From: a virus
Lineage: Duplodnaviria; Caudoviricetes
Reading direction: 5' to 3' (one strand)
Virus record (IMG/VR): IMGVR_UViG_2974638963_000001
Span: 32,001 to 96,000 of that record
DNA: 64,000 nt
A program made the translations under genes and the position numbers. Within the stretch, counting starts at the first letter, position 1; the number at the start of each line of letters is the position of its first letter. The notes below the pieces were generated by a model that was not told the origin of the DNA, did not search any database, and saw nothing but the letters and a program-made list of their open reading frames with translations. Of this stretch, positions 47,901-57,275 are shown piece by piece.

Positions 47901-50180
47901 TTACTTATGAAGTTCAAAAGTATCGTTAGTCAGCCAATAGTTCTGTGTATTAACTATTGAGCCTAGCGCTTCCTCCCTCCTACCTCTTCTGATTTGCTCC
48001 TCCATAGCTGATTCCTCCTTCTCCCTTTTCAGGTTGTAGATAGAATCAATAGGCATTTCAACACGTAAGTCTATCCAAGTGTTATCCGGAATATCCACAA
48101 CTTCTCCATCTTCGTAATATACAGGCTTATTATCTAGTACTTCTTTGATTCGGTAGTTCTGGAAGAGTGCAGGAGAATCTTGGTGCTGTCTATGGAAGGT
48201 TCTAACTTCGATATTACCACCTTTCAGAACTTTGGTTTTCACCCACATGATAGGTTGGTCATTCTCATCCTTAGGAACAACAACACCACCATTGATACCC
48301 CAAGCCCCATCAGAGTTAAATCCTAAGACACCCTCTATGATGTAGTGGCCAGTACCGACCTTATTTAAGGTTACTCCTTGAGACTCCTCATTCAACTCTA
48401 GTCGGTCAGAGTACAGTTTGACGATAGGGGATGCTTTTTTAATAAAACCGTTAGCGTCCTCAGTTGTGTTTGCTGTAGTGTAAAATTCTTGCCAATCTCT
48501 CACTACATTATTAATTATTGCTCTGAATCCAACTTTTTCACTACCCGCGCCGAATCCGACTTGATACCCATACGCACTGCTCGAAGCTCCGAAAATGTTG
48601 AGTAAATGATGATTTAATCCAAAAAACGAGTCTGTTTTCGAATTTGGAGCATACATGATTGAATTTACTCTATAATCTGAGACTTTTTCCGTTGGAACAT
48701 TTGTTGATGAATTTCTCCCAAAGCCAAAATCACCAACTTGCATTAGCGTGCCAGGCGAATTCGGAATAATATGTGTTTGCCACGCACCACCCATTTCTCT
48801 ACTTTTAATTACAGCTTCATTTCCACTGCCGCTTATTTGCACACCAGATCCGTTATTTCTATAGGCTGTTATTTCACCTTGATTTGTTTGTATTGAACCT
48901 GTTGCTTTTAAATTTCCACTTAATTCCCCGCCTGTTTTATCGAATTTACCATTCAACGCTGTATTAGTTGCATAGTCGCCTTTAGGTTGGAATCTACCAT
49001 CCGCCTCATCCCGAGTCCACACTTCATCACTGAATGGATAAGTTCTTGAAGGGGTAGTAGTACCACTAGCAGAACTACCAGCACGAGTTCTCAGTCTACC
49101 ACTGGTATAATCTATAGATAAGTTAGCCCAGGTATCACCAGTTTTGAATAAAAACGAAGGTGCGTATCTACTTACACCAGCTATTCCAGTGGGTTGGTCA
49201 TTTCTGAAAATTGTTGATGATATTTTTCGATCACTAGTGGCATTTAAAAATTCTTGTTCATTGTTAATTCTAACAGTACTAGTACCGCCATGAAAACCAT
49301 CTTGTCCTTCAACTACAGCAGGAGTACCTTTAATAGTTACACGTCCTGAACCTACTGTTGTTAAATTTAGATCACCATCGGTTTTTTCATTCCTAAATTC
49401 AAAAACCTTAGAGCCATTAGAAGTAAATCCAATATATGCTTGCCTAGTTCCTCCTTCCATCCATGTAAAATACCCATGATTACCTGTTGCGTATTTAAAT
49501 GCAGGGTTAGCACCGCCAGTACCTATAGGAATATACTTAGATAACGCCCCTAATGTAGTAGTTTCAGAGGTCTTTGCAGCAGTTTGGCTAGCTAGTGCAG
49601 CATCCTGAGACTTCTTAGCCTCAGTTTGGCTAATCTTAGCATTGGTCTCAGAAGTCTTAGCATTGGTCTCAGAAGTCTTAGCAGCAGATTGACTGGAAGC
49701 TGCAGCTGTTTGGCTAGATTTAGCCGCATTCTCAGAGTTCTTAGCATTAGTCTCGGAGGTTTTAGCCGCATCCTGACTTGCTTTGGCAGCATCCTGAGAA
49801 GTCTTAGCAGCAGTAGCCGATCCTGCTGCTGCTGTTTGACTTGAGGCTGCTGCTGTTTGACTTGAGGCTGCTGCTGTTTGACTAGCTTTAGCAGCGTTTT
49901 CTGAATTCTTAGCGTTTGTTTCAGAAGTTTTAGAAGCTGTCTGACTAGCTTTAGCCGCACTTTCAGAAGTCTTAGCATTTGCTTCAGAAGTCTTGGCAGC
50001 TTTAGCAGCATTTTCTGTGCGAGTGATTGCTTCACCTAATTCTTCCGCAGTTACTCCCTGAATAGATTTGGATAAGTTTACCACAAACTTAGGGTATTGT
50101 CCTGCTACTAACGGAATTGAGGAGTCTAACTCTGCAGCCTTCTGTAAGGTTATTCTTGTGAAAACATTATCTGTAGTCAT
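47901..50180 (-). CDS. ltf: L-shaped (lateral) tail fibre protein
   Basis: N-terminal AKTSETNAK heptad repeats; C-terminal 'NGFIKKASPIVKL...DIPDNTWIDLRVEMP' prophage-type fibre domain; position after p132. Confidence 0.85.
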   Translation of the reverse strand: MTTDNVFTRITLQKAAELDSSIPLVAGQYPKFVVNLSKSIQGVTAEELGEAITRTENAAKAAKTSEANAKTSESAAKASQTASKTSETNAKNSENAAKASQTAAASSQTAAASSQTAAAGSATAAKTSQDAAKASQDAAKTSETNAKNSENAAKSSQTAAASSQSAAKTSETNAKTSETNAKISQTEAKKSQDAALASQTAAKTSETTTLGALSKYIPIGTGGANPAFKYATGNHGYFTWMEGGTRQAYIGFTSNGSKVFEFRNEKTDGDLNLTTVGSGRVTIKGTPAVVEGQDGFHGGTSTVRINNEQEFLNATSDRKISSTIFRNDQPTGIAGVSRYAPSFLFKTGDTWANLSIDYTSGRLRTRAGSSASGTTTPSRTYPFSDEVWTRDEADGRFQPKGDYATNTALNGKFDKTGGELSGNLKATGSIQTNQGEITAYRNNGSGVQISGSGNEAVIKSREMGGAWQTHIIPNSPGTLMQVGDFGFGRNSSTNVPTEKVSDYRVNSIMYAPNSKTDSFFGLNHHLLNIFGASSSAYGYQVGFGAGSEKVGFRAIINNVVRDWQEFYTTANTTEDANGFIKKASPIVKLYSDRLELNEESQGVTLNKVGTGHYIIEGVLGFNSDGAWGINGGVVVPKDENDQPIMWVKTKVLKGGNIEVRTFHRQHQDSPALFQNYRIKEVLDNKPVYYEDGEVVDIPDNTWIDLRVEMPIDSIYNLKREKEESAMEEQIRRGRREEALGSIVNTQNYWLTNDTFELHK
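49565..50010 (-). repeat. 21-nt periodic repeats encoding the Ala/Ser/Lys coiled-coil shaft
   Basis: e.g. GCTGCTGTTTGACTTGAGGCT tandem and AGAAGTCTTAGCATTGGTCTC tandem. Confidence 0.85.
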
Positions 50181-50593
50181 TATATTGTTACCCCATCATT
50201 TATGTAAACTTTACCCTCCAAAATTCTAACAGGTTGTTTATTTGGCATGGTCATTAGTATATCATAGAAGCCTACAAATCGTAGGCGCTGATTATATTTA
50301 TCTCTATCTGTACTAGCAGCCTTTTCTAACAGGCTTACTTTTTCTTTAGAAAGAGATACCGAAGCGATACCTAATTTAGGGGTTACCACTTTAGCATCAA
50401 AGTCTGTTATCTTTGTAGAAGAAGCATCTAGACCAGTCTTAATAGACCCTTTAAACGTCGCTCCAGTAATATCTATATCTACTTCTTCTGCAACCTCTCC
50501 ATTAAAGCCCAAGGTTACGTCCTGAAATTTCAGGACGTAAGCAAATGGTATGTTACTATCTACTACTAAATCTAAGACTCTATTTTCAATCAT
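50180..50593 (-). CDS. tail collar protein (T5 p132-like)
   Basis: Ig-like 'DITGATFKGSIK', 'RILEGKVYI'; synteny. Confidence 0.8.
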   Translation of the reverse strand: MIENRVLDLVVDSNIPFAYVLKFQDVTLGFNGEVAEEVDIDITGATFKGSIKTGLDASSTKITDFDAKVVTPKLGIASVSLSKEKVSLLEKAASTDRDKYNQRLRFVGFYDILMTMPNKQPVRILEGKVYINDGVTI

Positions 50594-50597
50594 TATC

Positions 50598-53500
50598 TTA
50601 CCTTATATGAATAGACCCATTTTGTAAGTCTATCTTCATCTTATATGTACCCTCTGGATTAGATGATAATGCAGCAGCACGGTCATATATAACGTTAATA
50701 CCAGTTTGTGCAAAGAATGCCTGATCGGCAACAATTTTCTTAGATGTAATTGTACCGTCTAGAACCATGTCTCCATGTACCATAAGTGCTGGATTAGTCC
50801 ATGAACTACCATTCCACTGTCTAGTGATACCTGCTTTAGGGTTAGCCGTATGATATTGGGTTAATACGTCATACTGAACAGGGGTAGAGCTAAATGTGGA
50901 TTTAAAGAACGCAGTAGCATCAGCATCTGACCAGCCAGCCGCCCCTCTACCCTGTCTGTAAAACCCAGGACCACGCTGCCCGTTTGCACCCGGAGTACCA
51001 TTGGTACCGTTAGCTCCAGGCTTACCATCTGCTCCAGGCTTACCATTCTTACCTGCATCTACCCAAGCGGTAGCTACATCTCCCTCCTCTAGTTTAACTT
51101 GTGATACCTTACCAAAAGTAGTTTTACCTTGGATGTGCACACCCATTGCAGCTACAGATTTAACTTCCTTATTCTGAATAGTTATAGTAGCCTTGGATAC
51201 CGCAGAAGTAGCAGTACCTCTATCGTACCAAGTACCAATATGTTGGGTTTGACCGTCTACATAAGTAATACTCATCTCACAACCAATCCTATGTCTACCG
51301 CCAGCAGTACCCTCTACAATACCGTTAGTTTCTATAAAACAGGATACAGTTACTTTCTTACCTTTAAGTAGGTTAAAGGATTCTACTGTTGGCATAAACT
51401 CAGTAGATAGCATTGAAGACTTACTTACACTAGTGTTACTAGAGTCCACAATAACTAGATCTGTAGTACCCGTAAGCAAGTTATTATTAACGGGGTTAGC
51501 TGGTATACCACTCCACTGAATCGGAGTTGACCAACCTGTTCCTGCAACTAGTTTATTAGTTCTAGGATCTAGTGTACCCATAGAGGCATATACAGCTTCT
51601 ACTGTTGGGTTATAGTTAGCTGGTGGTGTTTTAGACCAGTTAGTTGGTGGGTACTCGATACCTCCAGGAATAACTGGTTGTGTTCTAGATACTTGATAAA
51701 CGTATGTAAGACCAAAACCGTCTTTACCCGGTAACCCATTAGTACCATTAGAGCCAGGTTTACCATCCGCACCAGGCTTACCGTCTTGCCCATTATTACC
51801 ATTGTTGCCTGTAAACTGTACTGGAGTTGCCCATTTAGTTCCTGAAACTAGTTTATTAGTCTTAGGATCTAGTTGACCAATCGATACATACACACACTGG
51901 GTCAATGGATTTGGTATAGCAGGAGGAGTTGTGCTCCAACCATTCGGAGGATAATCTGGTAATGTAGAAGCCACAGGTACTGTACCTTTATTACCTAGCT
52001 GGTAAATTGATACAGTACCTTTACCATCTAGACCATTACTACCGTTACTACCAGGCTTACCATCAGACCCCGTAGTACCACTCCATTGAACTGGTTGAGA
52101 ATAGTTAGTCCCAGAAACTAGCTTATCAGTAACAGGATCTAACTGACCAGTACTTGCATAGATCTTTTGTTTAAAAGGATCTTGAATGCTAGGAGGAGTT
52201 TTACTCCATCCTGGAGGCGGATACTCTTGAGAAACGGGTATACTAGGAGCTGCGGTGTTTAGCTGGTAAATAGTAACTTGTCTGATACCAGTAATACCAT
52301 CACCTATGGTAATATCCCCATTAGGTGTACCAATAGTTACTCCAGCAGACATCCAGATCTTTTCACCGTCAAACCGGATAAAACTATCTTTATTACCAAC
52401 GTCAAATCTTGCAAGACCGTCCTTACCCATACCCATCCAAACACCCGATGTATCACCACCATAAGTCTTACCAGTAGAGTATATCTTAGGGTTATCTTGT
52501 CCAGTAAGGTTAGATAGAACAACACTAGCAGCGTATATCTCATTAGAGATGATTCTACCATCAACGTTTACTGTACCAGTAACTGGGTCCATAGATATTG
52601 GAGCAACCCCTTTATCATTTAACATACCAAGACTAAAAGACCCATCCGACGCATTTAATAGGAAAGTCTGTTCCCATTTACCATTTACCTGTTTCTGACC
52701 TTTGATATGGGAATAAGTTATCTCAATACCTGTAGTCTTAGTAAATGAAGAGTCTAATGGTATGCTTGCGTTTAATGTAAAGTTAGCATTATCACTTGCG
52801 GTAGTATTCTTATCAGAAGGGCCCCACGAGATGGCTTCTACCTTAAATACTGTTGGAATTTCCCAAGGGAATCCAGTAATAATTGCTGCTTGAGTAGCAC
52901 CGGTATTAACACGTGCTGCTTTAGCCCAACCAGTTTTATCAAACTCTGCCTTAGATACATAGTACATAACGAATTCCCGGATGTTTGCACCACTACCTGC
53001 CGACCAATTCCACTTAACTTGGACGTCGTATCTTTCGTTACCGTCTAAAATTCTAGCAGCAGTAAAAGTTAGGTTAGTAGGTTTACTTGGCGGAGTAAAT
53101 GCATAATTAACAACCAGGTCTGCTGGATACTGAGTCCAATCAGAGATATCAGTAGTGAAGCCGTCTGGTAGTGCAACACGTCCCCTACAACGAGCCTTGT
53201 ATGTACCAGCAGGAATGTTAGCTAGTCGTACCCCTTCTTTAATCTCTCCGGAATAGATAGTTTCCCACGTTTTACCATCTTTAGATAATTGTAGTTCAAC
53301 TATTTGTCCTGCCCCTTCAAAATCAACAATTAAATAAGATGTACCTACCCCAACAACTGCCGCTTCCATCTCTGCTTTATAAGATTTTATTCGTGGAGCT
53401 AGAAGAGTTGTTATATTACTAGAGTCGGATATTAAGATACTTAGCTTATTAGCTAATAATTCAGAATCTACCATAGAATCCCAATATGCTCCTGTGACAC

Positions 53501-53714
53501 TATATTTAGTATTAGGAGTTAATTTTTCTAGGATCATGTAGAAAGTATTTAGGTCTTGTGAAGTTTGTGCTACTTCTTTATTACCTGTGGTAATCCAGAA
53601 TGTCTTACCGATAGTATCTGGGTCTGTAAAAGGGGAGTGGTACACTAAAGCCTTAGTGTACCCTACCGCTATTGAACTCAGAACCATCTTTGCTGGAGAT
53701 GGGTTTTTAATCAT
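50598..53714 (-). CDS. pb4: central tail fibre/spike protein (T5 pb4-like) with repeat insertion
   Basis: FNIII-like N-terminal domains, beta-rich spike, collagen-like GKPGADG segments, C-terminal 'MKIDLQNGSIHIR'. Confidence 0.8.
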   Translation of the reverse strand: MIKNPSPAKMVLSSIAVGYTKALVYHSPFTDPDTIGKTFWITTGNKEVAQTSQDLNTFYMILEKLTPNTKYSVTGAYWDSMVDSELLANKLSILISDSSNITTLLAPRIKSYKAEMEAAVVGVGTSYLIVDFEGAGQIVELQLSKDGKTWETIYSGEIKEGVRLANIPAGTYKARCRGRVALPDGFTTDISDWTQYPADLVVNYAFTPPSKPTNLTFTAARILDGNERYDVQVKWNWSAGSGANIREFVMYYVSKAEFDKTGWAKAARVNTGATQAAIITGFPWEIPTVFKVEAISWGPSDKNTTASDNANFTLNASIPLDSSFTKTTGIEITYSHIKGQKQVNGKWEQTFLLNASDGSFSLGMLNDKGVAPISMDPVTGTVNVDGRIISNEIYAASVVLSNLTGQDNPKIYSTGKTYGGDTSGVWMGMGKDGLARFDVGNKDSFIRFDGEKIWMSAGVTIGTPNGDITIGDGITGIRQVTIYQLNTAAPSIPVSQEYPPPGWSKTPPSIQDPFKQKIYASTGQLDPVTDKLVSGTNYSQPVQWSGTTGSDGKPGSNGSNGLDGKGTVSIYQLGNKGTVPVASTLPDYPPNGWSTTPPAIPNPLTQCVYVSIGQLDPKTNKLVSGTKWATPVQFTGNNGNNGQDGKPGADGKPGSNGTNGLPGKDGFGLTYVYQVSRTQPVIPGGIEYPPTNWSKTPPANYNPTVEAVYASMGTLDPRTNKLVAGTGWSTPIQWSGIPANPVNNNLLTGTTDLVIVDSSNTSVSKSSMLSTEFMPTVESFNLLKGKKVTVSCFIETNGIVEGTAGGRHRIGCEMSITYVDGQTQHIGTWYDRGTATSAVSKATITIQNKEVKSVAAMGVHIQGKTTFGKVSQVKLEEGDVATAWVDAGKNGKPGADGKPGANGTNGTPGANGQRGPGFYRQGRGAAGWSDADATAFFKSTFSSTPVQYDVLTQYHTANPKAGITRQWNGSSWTNPALMVHGDMVLDGTITSKKIVADQAFFAQTGINVIYDRAAALSSNPEGTYKMKIDLQNGSIHIR

Positions 53715-56550
53715 TTAAGTATGTCCATGCGACTGAGGCTTCCCCGTTAGGTCCCTCTGCTCGAACCCTAATTACGCCCTCACGGAAAACTCCCAGAGCA
53801 TTATTAAGTTTCATGTAGTCTGATTTATTTTGTGCGTACTGGTAAATGCTACGGTGACCGTTGGTTGTTGCAGACGAGTAGATAATACTCAGTGATTGAG
53901 GATGTAGAAATTGGAACACATATCTTAGCCCAGTTATTTCTTTTTCCTCTTTTATGCCATCCCACTCAGTGATAACATCAGGACCGATCCAATCAGTAAA
54001 AGAACCAGGAGCTCTGTTAACTAATTTAAAATTAGTTACTACACTAAGGTTTCTAGCTGCATCTATGTTCAAGGTTAGAACTACTGGTGAACTTCGTCTA
54101 CCAGTAACATCTACTGCTCTTACTTCAAAAGTATATGTGCCCTCAGTTAACCCAAATAAATCTAGCTCTAATCTAGAGTTAAGGCTAGTTACGTTACTTG
54201 TTACTACATAAGGATCCAACCTATCTGTTTGATACACTGTGTAGTAGGCTATTCCAGGTGTTATACTAGGTAACCAGCTTAGTGTTCCATTCTTACCTAT
54301 ACTAGTATTATCTTTATACGGGGTGTATTGAAGATCTCTAGGCGGAGTTACTAACGCCTCAATAATAGGTGGTACTTCAGGGTTTTCTACCTGTTGGGAG
54401 TTAATAAATACATCTTCCCCATACTCCCTCAAGGATACCTTTATCTTACCGGAAGAGGAAACCTCTACTTCGTCTACTAAGAAGTACTTATCCTTCCACT
54501 TATATCTATCATACGTAAAGCTAACAGCATCATTAACCTCTATACCAAGATGTGATATAGGTAACTCAAGTTTTAATACCCTGTTATATCGTGACTTTTT
54601 AAGTTCCCTAGCCGCCATAGATCTTGCCGTGTAGTAGTTGGTGATATTAGCAAAAGATAAATTAAGTCTCTTATCAACATCGTTATCTGCACGTTTAAAC
54701 TCAGAGTTGTAGAAAGTAACAGTGCTAGACTTCCAAGCAAGGGCAGGATCTATTATAGACGCCTGTACTGAGTTAAATTTGTTTCTACCAGTTATATCTT
54801 CAAGCTCTACGGAGCCGTTAGTTTCAAGGTAGTGTATCTTTCTTGGGTTAGGGTCATACTTCTCTACGGTTATACCATATACCCCTAGCATATTGTTTAA
54901 CGAGCCACTGTACCCGTCAAGTAGTACCTCTACGTTCTTAAATACAGACTCTGCCGTATCTATTACTGTATTCATCTGAATCATCTGCCTATTGGAGTCA
55001 GACATGTTATTCCAGCCTAAATATCTCCAATAGTTTACCCAAGCACCATCATATGATTCATCTATAGTATCTATAATCTCAGCAGAATCAATAGCTCTCT
55101 CCATATTGATTAATTCAAGACTAACGTTAGCACCGAAAGTAGTAGAGGTTAAATAGTCTACAGTTTGCCATATCCCATTTAACGTAGTTCTATCAGCCTT
55201 AATAGTTCCATCCCTAGAATAGGTTCTTACCTTCCTTCCAAGGACAGTTGCGTCCACTTGTGGTATTTCTGTTCTATTTTCAGTTAGCTTAAATCTTACA
55301 ACAGCATACGCAGTATCAAGAAGCTTATAGTTCTCATCCCAGTACTCAGGTCCCATACCCTGGTTTCTCTGTAACAAGAAACCTCTAGCCTTAGCCTTAT
55401 CAACCAGTACTCTAGAAGCCTCTTGGTCACTCAGCCCATGATATGTCCATACTCGGATGTCCCCGTTACCATCGTTATACTTATACTCTTGACCATGCAC
55501 GGATGGAGAAGATGTTGCTACACCAGAGGCCAGACGATGCATAGTGTCCCCAGCGTATCTTTTACGACCAAAACAAGTTCTGTCTTTACTGTCTGCATCA
55601 TCGTAACAGATCATAGGCACATCATTAAACGAAAAGTCTAAGAAGCCTTCTATCTCTCCCTCAGCAAAGGCATACACAACCCATACTGTCTCTGGGTCAC
55701 TAGCATCTGTATCTGCGAATACTGGTATACCCGGAACTTGCCTAACTCCATATACTACAGGAATAAATTTTGCTGTTAAGTTAAAGTCTATATCAATGGA
55801 TCTAGTTACGTTCTCATAGTATTCGACTAAGCTATACTTTTTAGACAGCCCGAAGAAAGAACTCTTAGATTTTAGTTTATAACGTTTTTCTTTTGCTTGG
55901 TACTTGGCAAGAATAGTAATAGACTTGTTAGAGTGGAAAAACCCTAGATCATCCATATACTCAATCTTTTTGGCACTTTTAGTAGGTACTAGTTTACCGT
56001 CAATAACTTCAAGACCCCTATGAGACGCATCGTCGGTTATGCGCCCATTCACCCTTTCAAAATCGTAGAACATATTATTACATGTCCATGTGATTACTGA
56101 GCTACGAGTATTACCATTATTGCTTTCTCTAACATTGCCGGAAGATATCTTACCCGAAAAATATTTATATGCCCCTTTAGTATCAGAGTCTGTTGGTACA
56201 ATTTCACCATTAGAGTCTAGAAAGGCTTGATATATGATTACAGTTCTATCTATAAAAGATACTCCCGACGCAACTAGCCTTCCTAGCTCTACGTTGTCTA
56301 CCCCACTCATTGTAATGCTAAGAGAACCTACGGTAAGTTTTCTATTTTGTTTATGAGAAGAAATGCTCTTTATTTTACCGCTTATATATGTGGTTCCATT
56401 GTACACTATATCTCTACCGTAATCAGTATAGTAGGCATACTGTGGGCTACCACCATTGCTAGGCAGCTCAATTACCACTAGGTTAGCTATACGTAGAGGA
56501 TTAGCAGAATTGGATATAAAGTCAATTGCTGACGGAAGTAAGTGTTTCAT
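53707..56550 (-). CDS. pb3: baseplate hub protein (T5 pb3-like)
   Basis: 947 aa, 'IPVVYG', C-terminal FNIII; between Dit and pb4. Confidence 0.85.
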   Translation of the reverse strand: MKHLLPSAIDFISNSANPLRIANLVVIELPSNGGSPQYAYYTDYGRDIVYNGTTYISGKIKSISSHKQNRKLTVGSLSITMSGVDNVELGRLVASGVSFIDRTVIIYQAFLDSNGEIVPTDSDTKGAYKYFSGKISSGNVRESNNGNTRSSVITWTCNNMFYDFERVNGRITDDASHRGLEVIDGKLVPTKSAKKIEYMDDLGFFHSNKSITILAKYQAKEKRYKLKSKSSFFGLSKKYSLVEYYENVTRSIDIDFNLTAKFIPVVYGVRQVPGIPVFADTDASDPETVWVVYAFAEGEIEGFLDFSFNDVPMICYDDADSKDRTCFGRKRYAGDTMHRLASGVATSSPSVHGQEYKYNDGNGDIRVWTYHGLSDQEASRVLVDKAKARGFLLQRNQGMGPEYWDENYKLLDTAYAVVRFKLTENRTEIPQVDATVLGRKVRTYSRDGTIKADRTTLNGIWQTVDYLTSTTFGANVSLELINMERAIDSAEIIDTIDESYDGAWVNYWRYLGWNNMSDSNRQMIQMNTVIDTAESVFKNVEVLLDGYSGSLNNMLGVYGITVEKYDPNPRKIHYLETNGSVELEDITGRNKFNSVQASIIDPALAWKSSTVTFYNSEFKRADNDVDKRLNLSFANITNYYTARSMAARELKKSRYNRVLKLELPISHLGIEVNDAVSFTYDRYKWKDKYFLVDEVEVSSSGKIKVSLREYGEDVFINSQQVENPEVPPIIEALVTPPRDLQYTPYKDNTSIGKNGTLSWLPSITPGIAYYTVYQTDRLDPYVVTSNVTSLNSRLELDLFGLTEGTYTFEVRAVDVTGRRSSPVVLTLNIDAARNLSVVTNFKLVNRAPGSFTDWIGPDVITEWDGIKEEKEITGLRYVFQFLHPQSLSIIYSSATTNGHRSIYQYAQNKSDYMKLNNALGVFREGVIRVRAEGPNGEASVAWTYLND

Positions 56551-57159
56551 TTATCGACTCTCCTCGAAATTAAGAGTAAACGACTCGTACATACCATCAG
56601 AAGTTAGTGTAGATTTCCATGTCTCTAACTGTAATGGTTTAGTTTGAAATAGTATCCCGTTAAACACAGGTTTTTCAGCACCATTAGTAGTTGTAGCAAG
56701 ATCAGGATAAAGACCTAACGTGAGGTTGTTACCATTAGCCGTTACTGATGTAATCTTATATACTTTATAATGGGAGGATAGTTTAAATAGTCCCCCTACT
56801 TTTGGTAAGCCAGTTAAATTAGGAATAGTCATTGTTAGACTATTGCCCTTCTGACCCCCAGGAATTTTTGCATTCGCCAAGTCTCCTTGGATACCGAATG
56901 TCTCATATTGTGGAAGAAGAATTTCTATAAATCCCCCTTTCCTCTTGTACTCACCAATAAATGCGTCCATTAAGAAAAATTCTTTTGGGAACAAGTCAGG
57001 GAACGGGATAGAGATACCCCAATACTGAGATACTGTTCTCACTTCGAATACTTGGTTATTAGCCATTCTATCTTTAGTTACTGGATCATTATCGATAAGA
57101 GTAACAGATTCAAACCCAGGGACTAAACCTGGATGCGTATATGGGTCTGGCAGTCTCAT
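56551..57159 (-). CDS. pb9: distal tail protein (T5 pb9-like)
   Basis: 'MRLPDPYT' start, 202 aa, follows TMP. Confidence 0.88.
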   Translation of the reverse strand: MRLPDPYTHPGLVPGFESVTLIDNDPVTKDRMANNQVFEVRTVSQYWGISIPFPDLFPKEFFLMDAFIGEYKRKGGFIEILLPQYETFGIQGDLANAKIPGGQKGNSLTMTIPNLTGLPKVGGLFKLSSHYKVYKITSVTANGNNLTLGLYPDLATTTNGAEKPVFNGILFQTKPLQLETWKSTLTSDGMYESFTLNFEESR

Positions 57160-57192
57160 TATTTTCTCCTATGAATCAAAACATATATTCCA

Positions 57193-57221
57193 ATTATACA
57201 CTCGATAATTACAAATGTCAA
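57193..57221 (-). promoter_or_regulatory. sigma70 consensus promoter inside the tail module
   Basis: TTGACA-17-TATAAT upstream of pb9. Confidence 0.75.
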
Positions 57222-57275
57222 GAATAATTTATATTGTGGATACAAATAAGGGGACTGAATAGTCCCCTACATTGT

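Noticed and set aside
49565-50010. Tandem repeats as a CRISPR array or DGR repeat
   Set aside because: They are in-frame 21-nt coding repeats with no spacers. No cas or reverse transcriptase gene is in the window.
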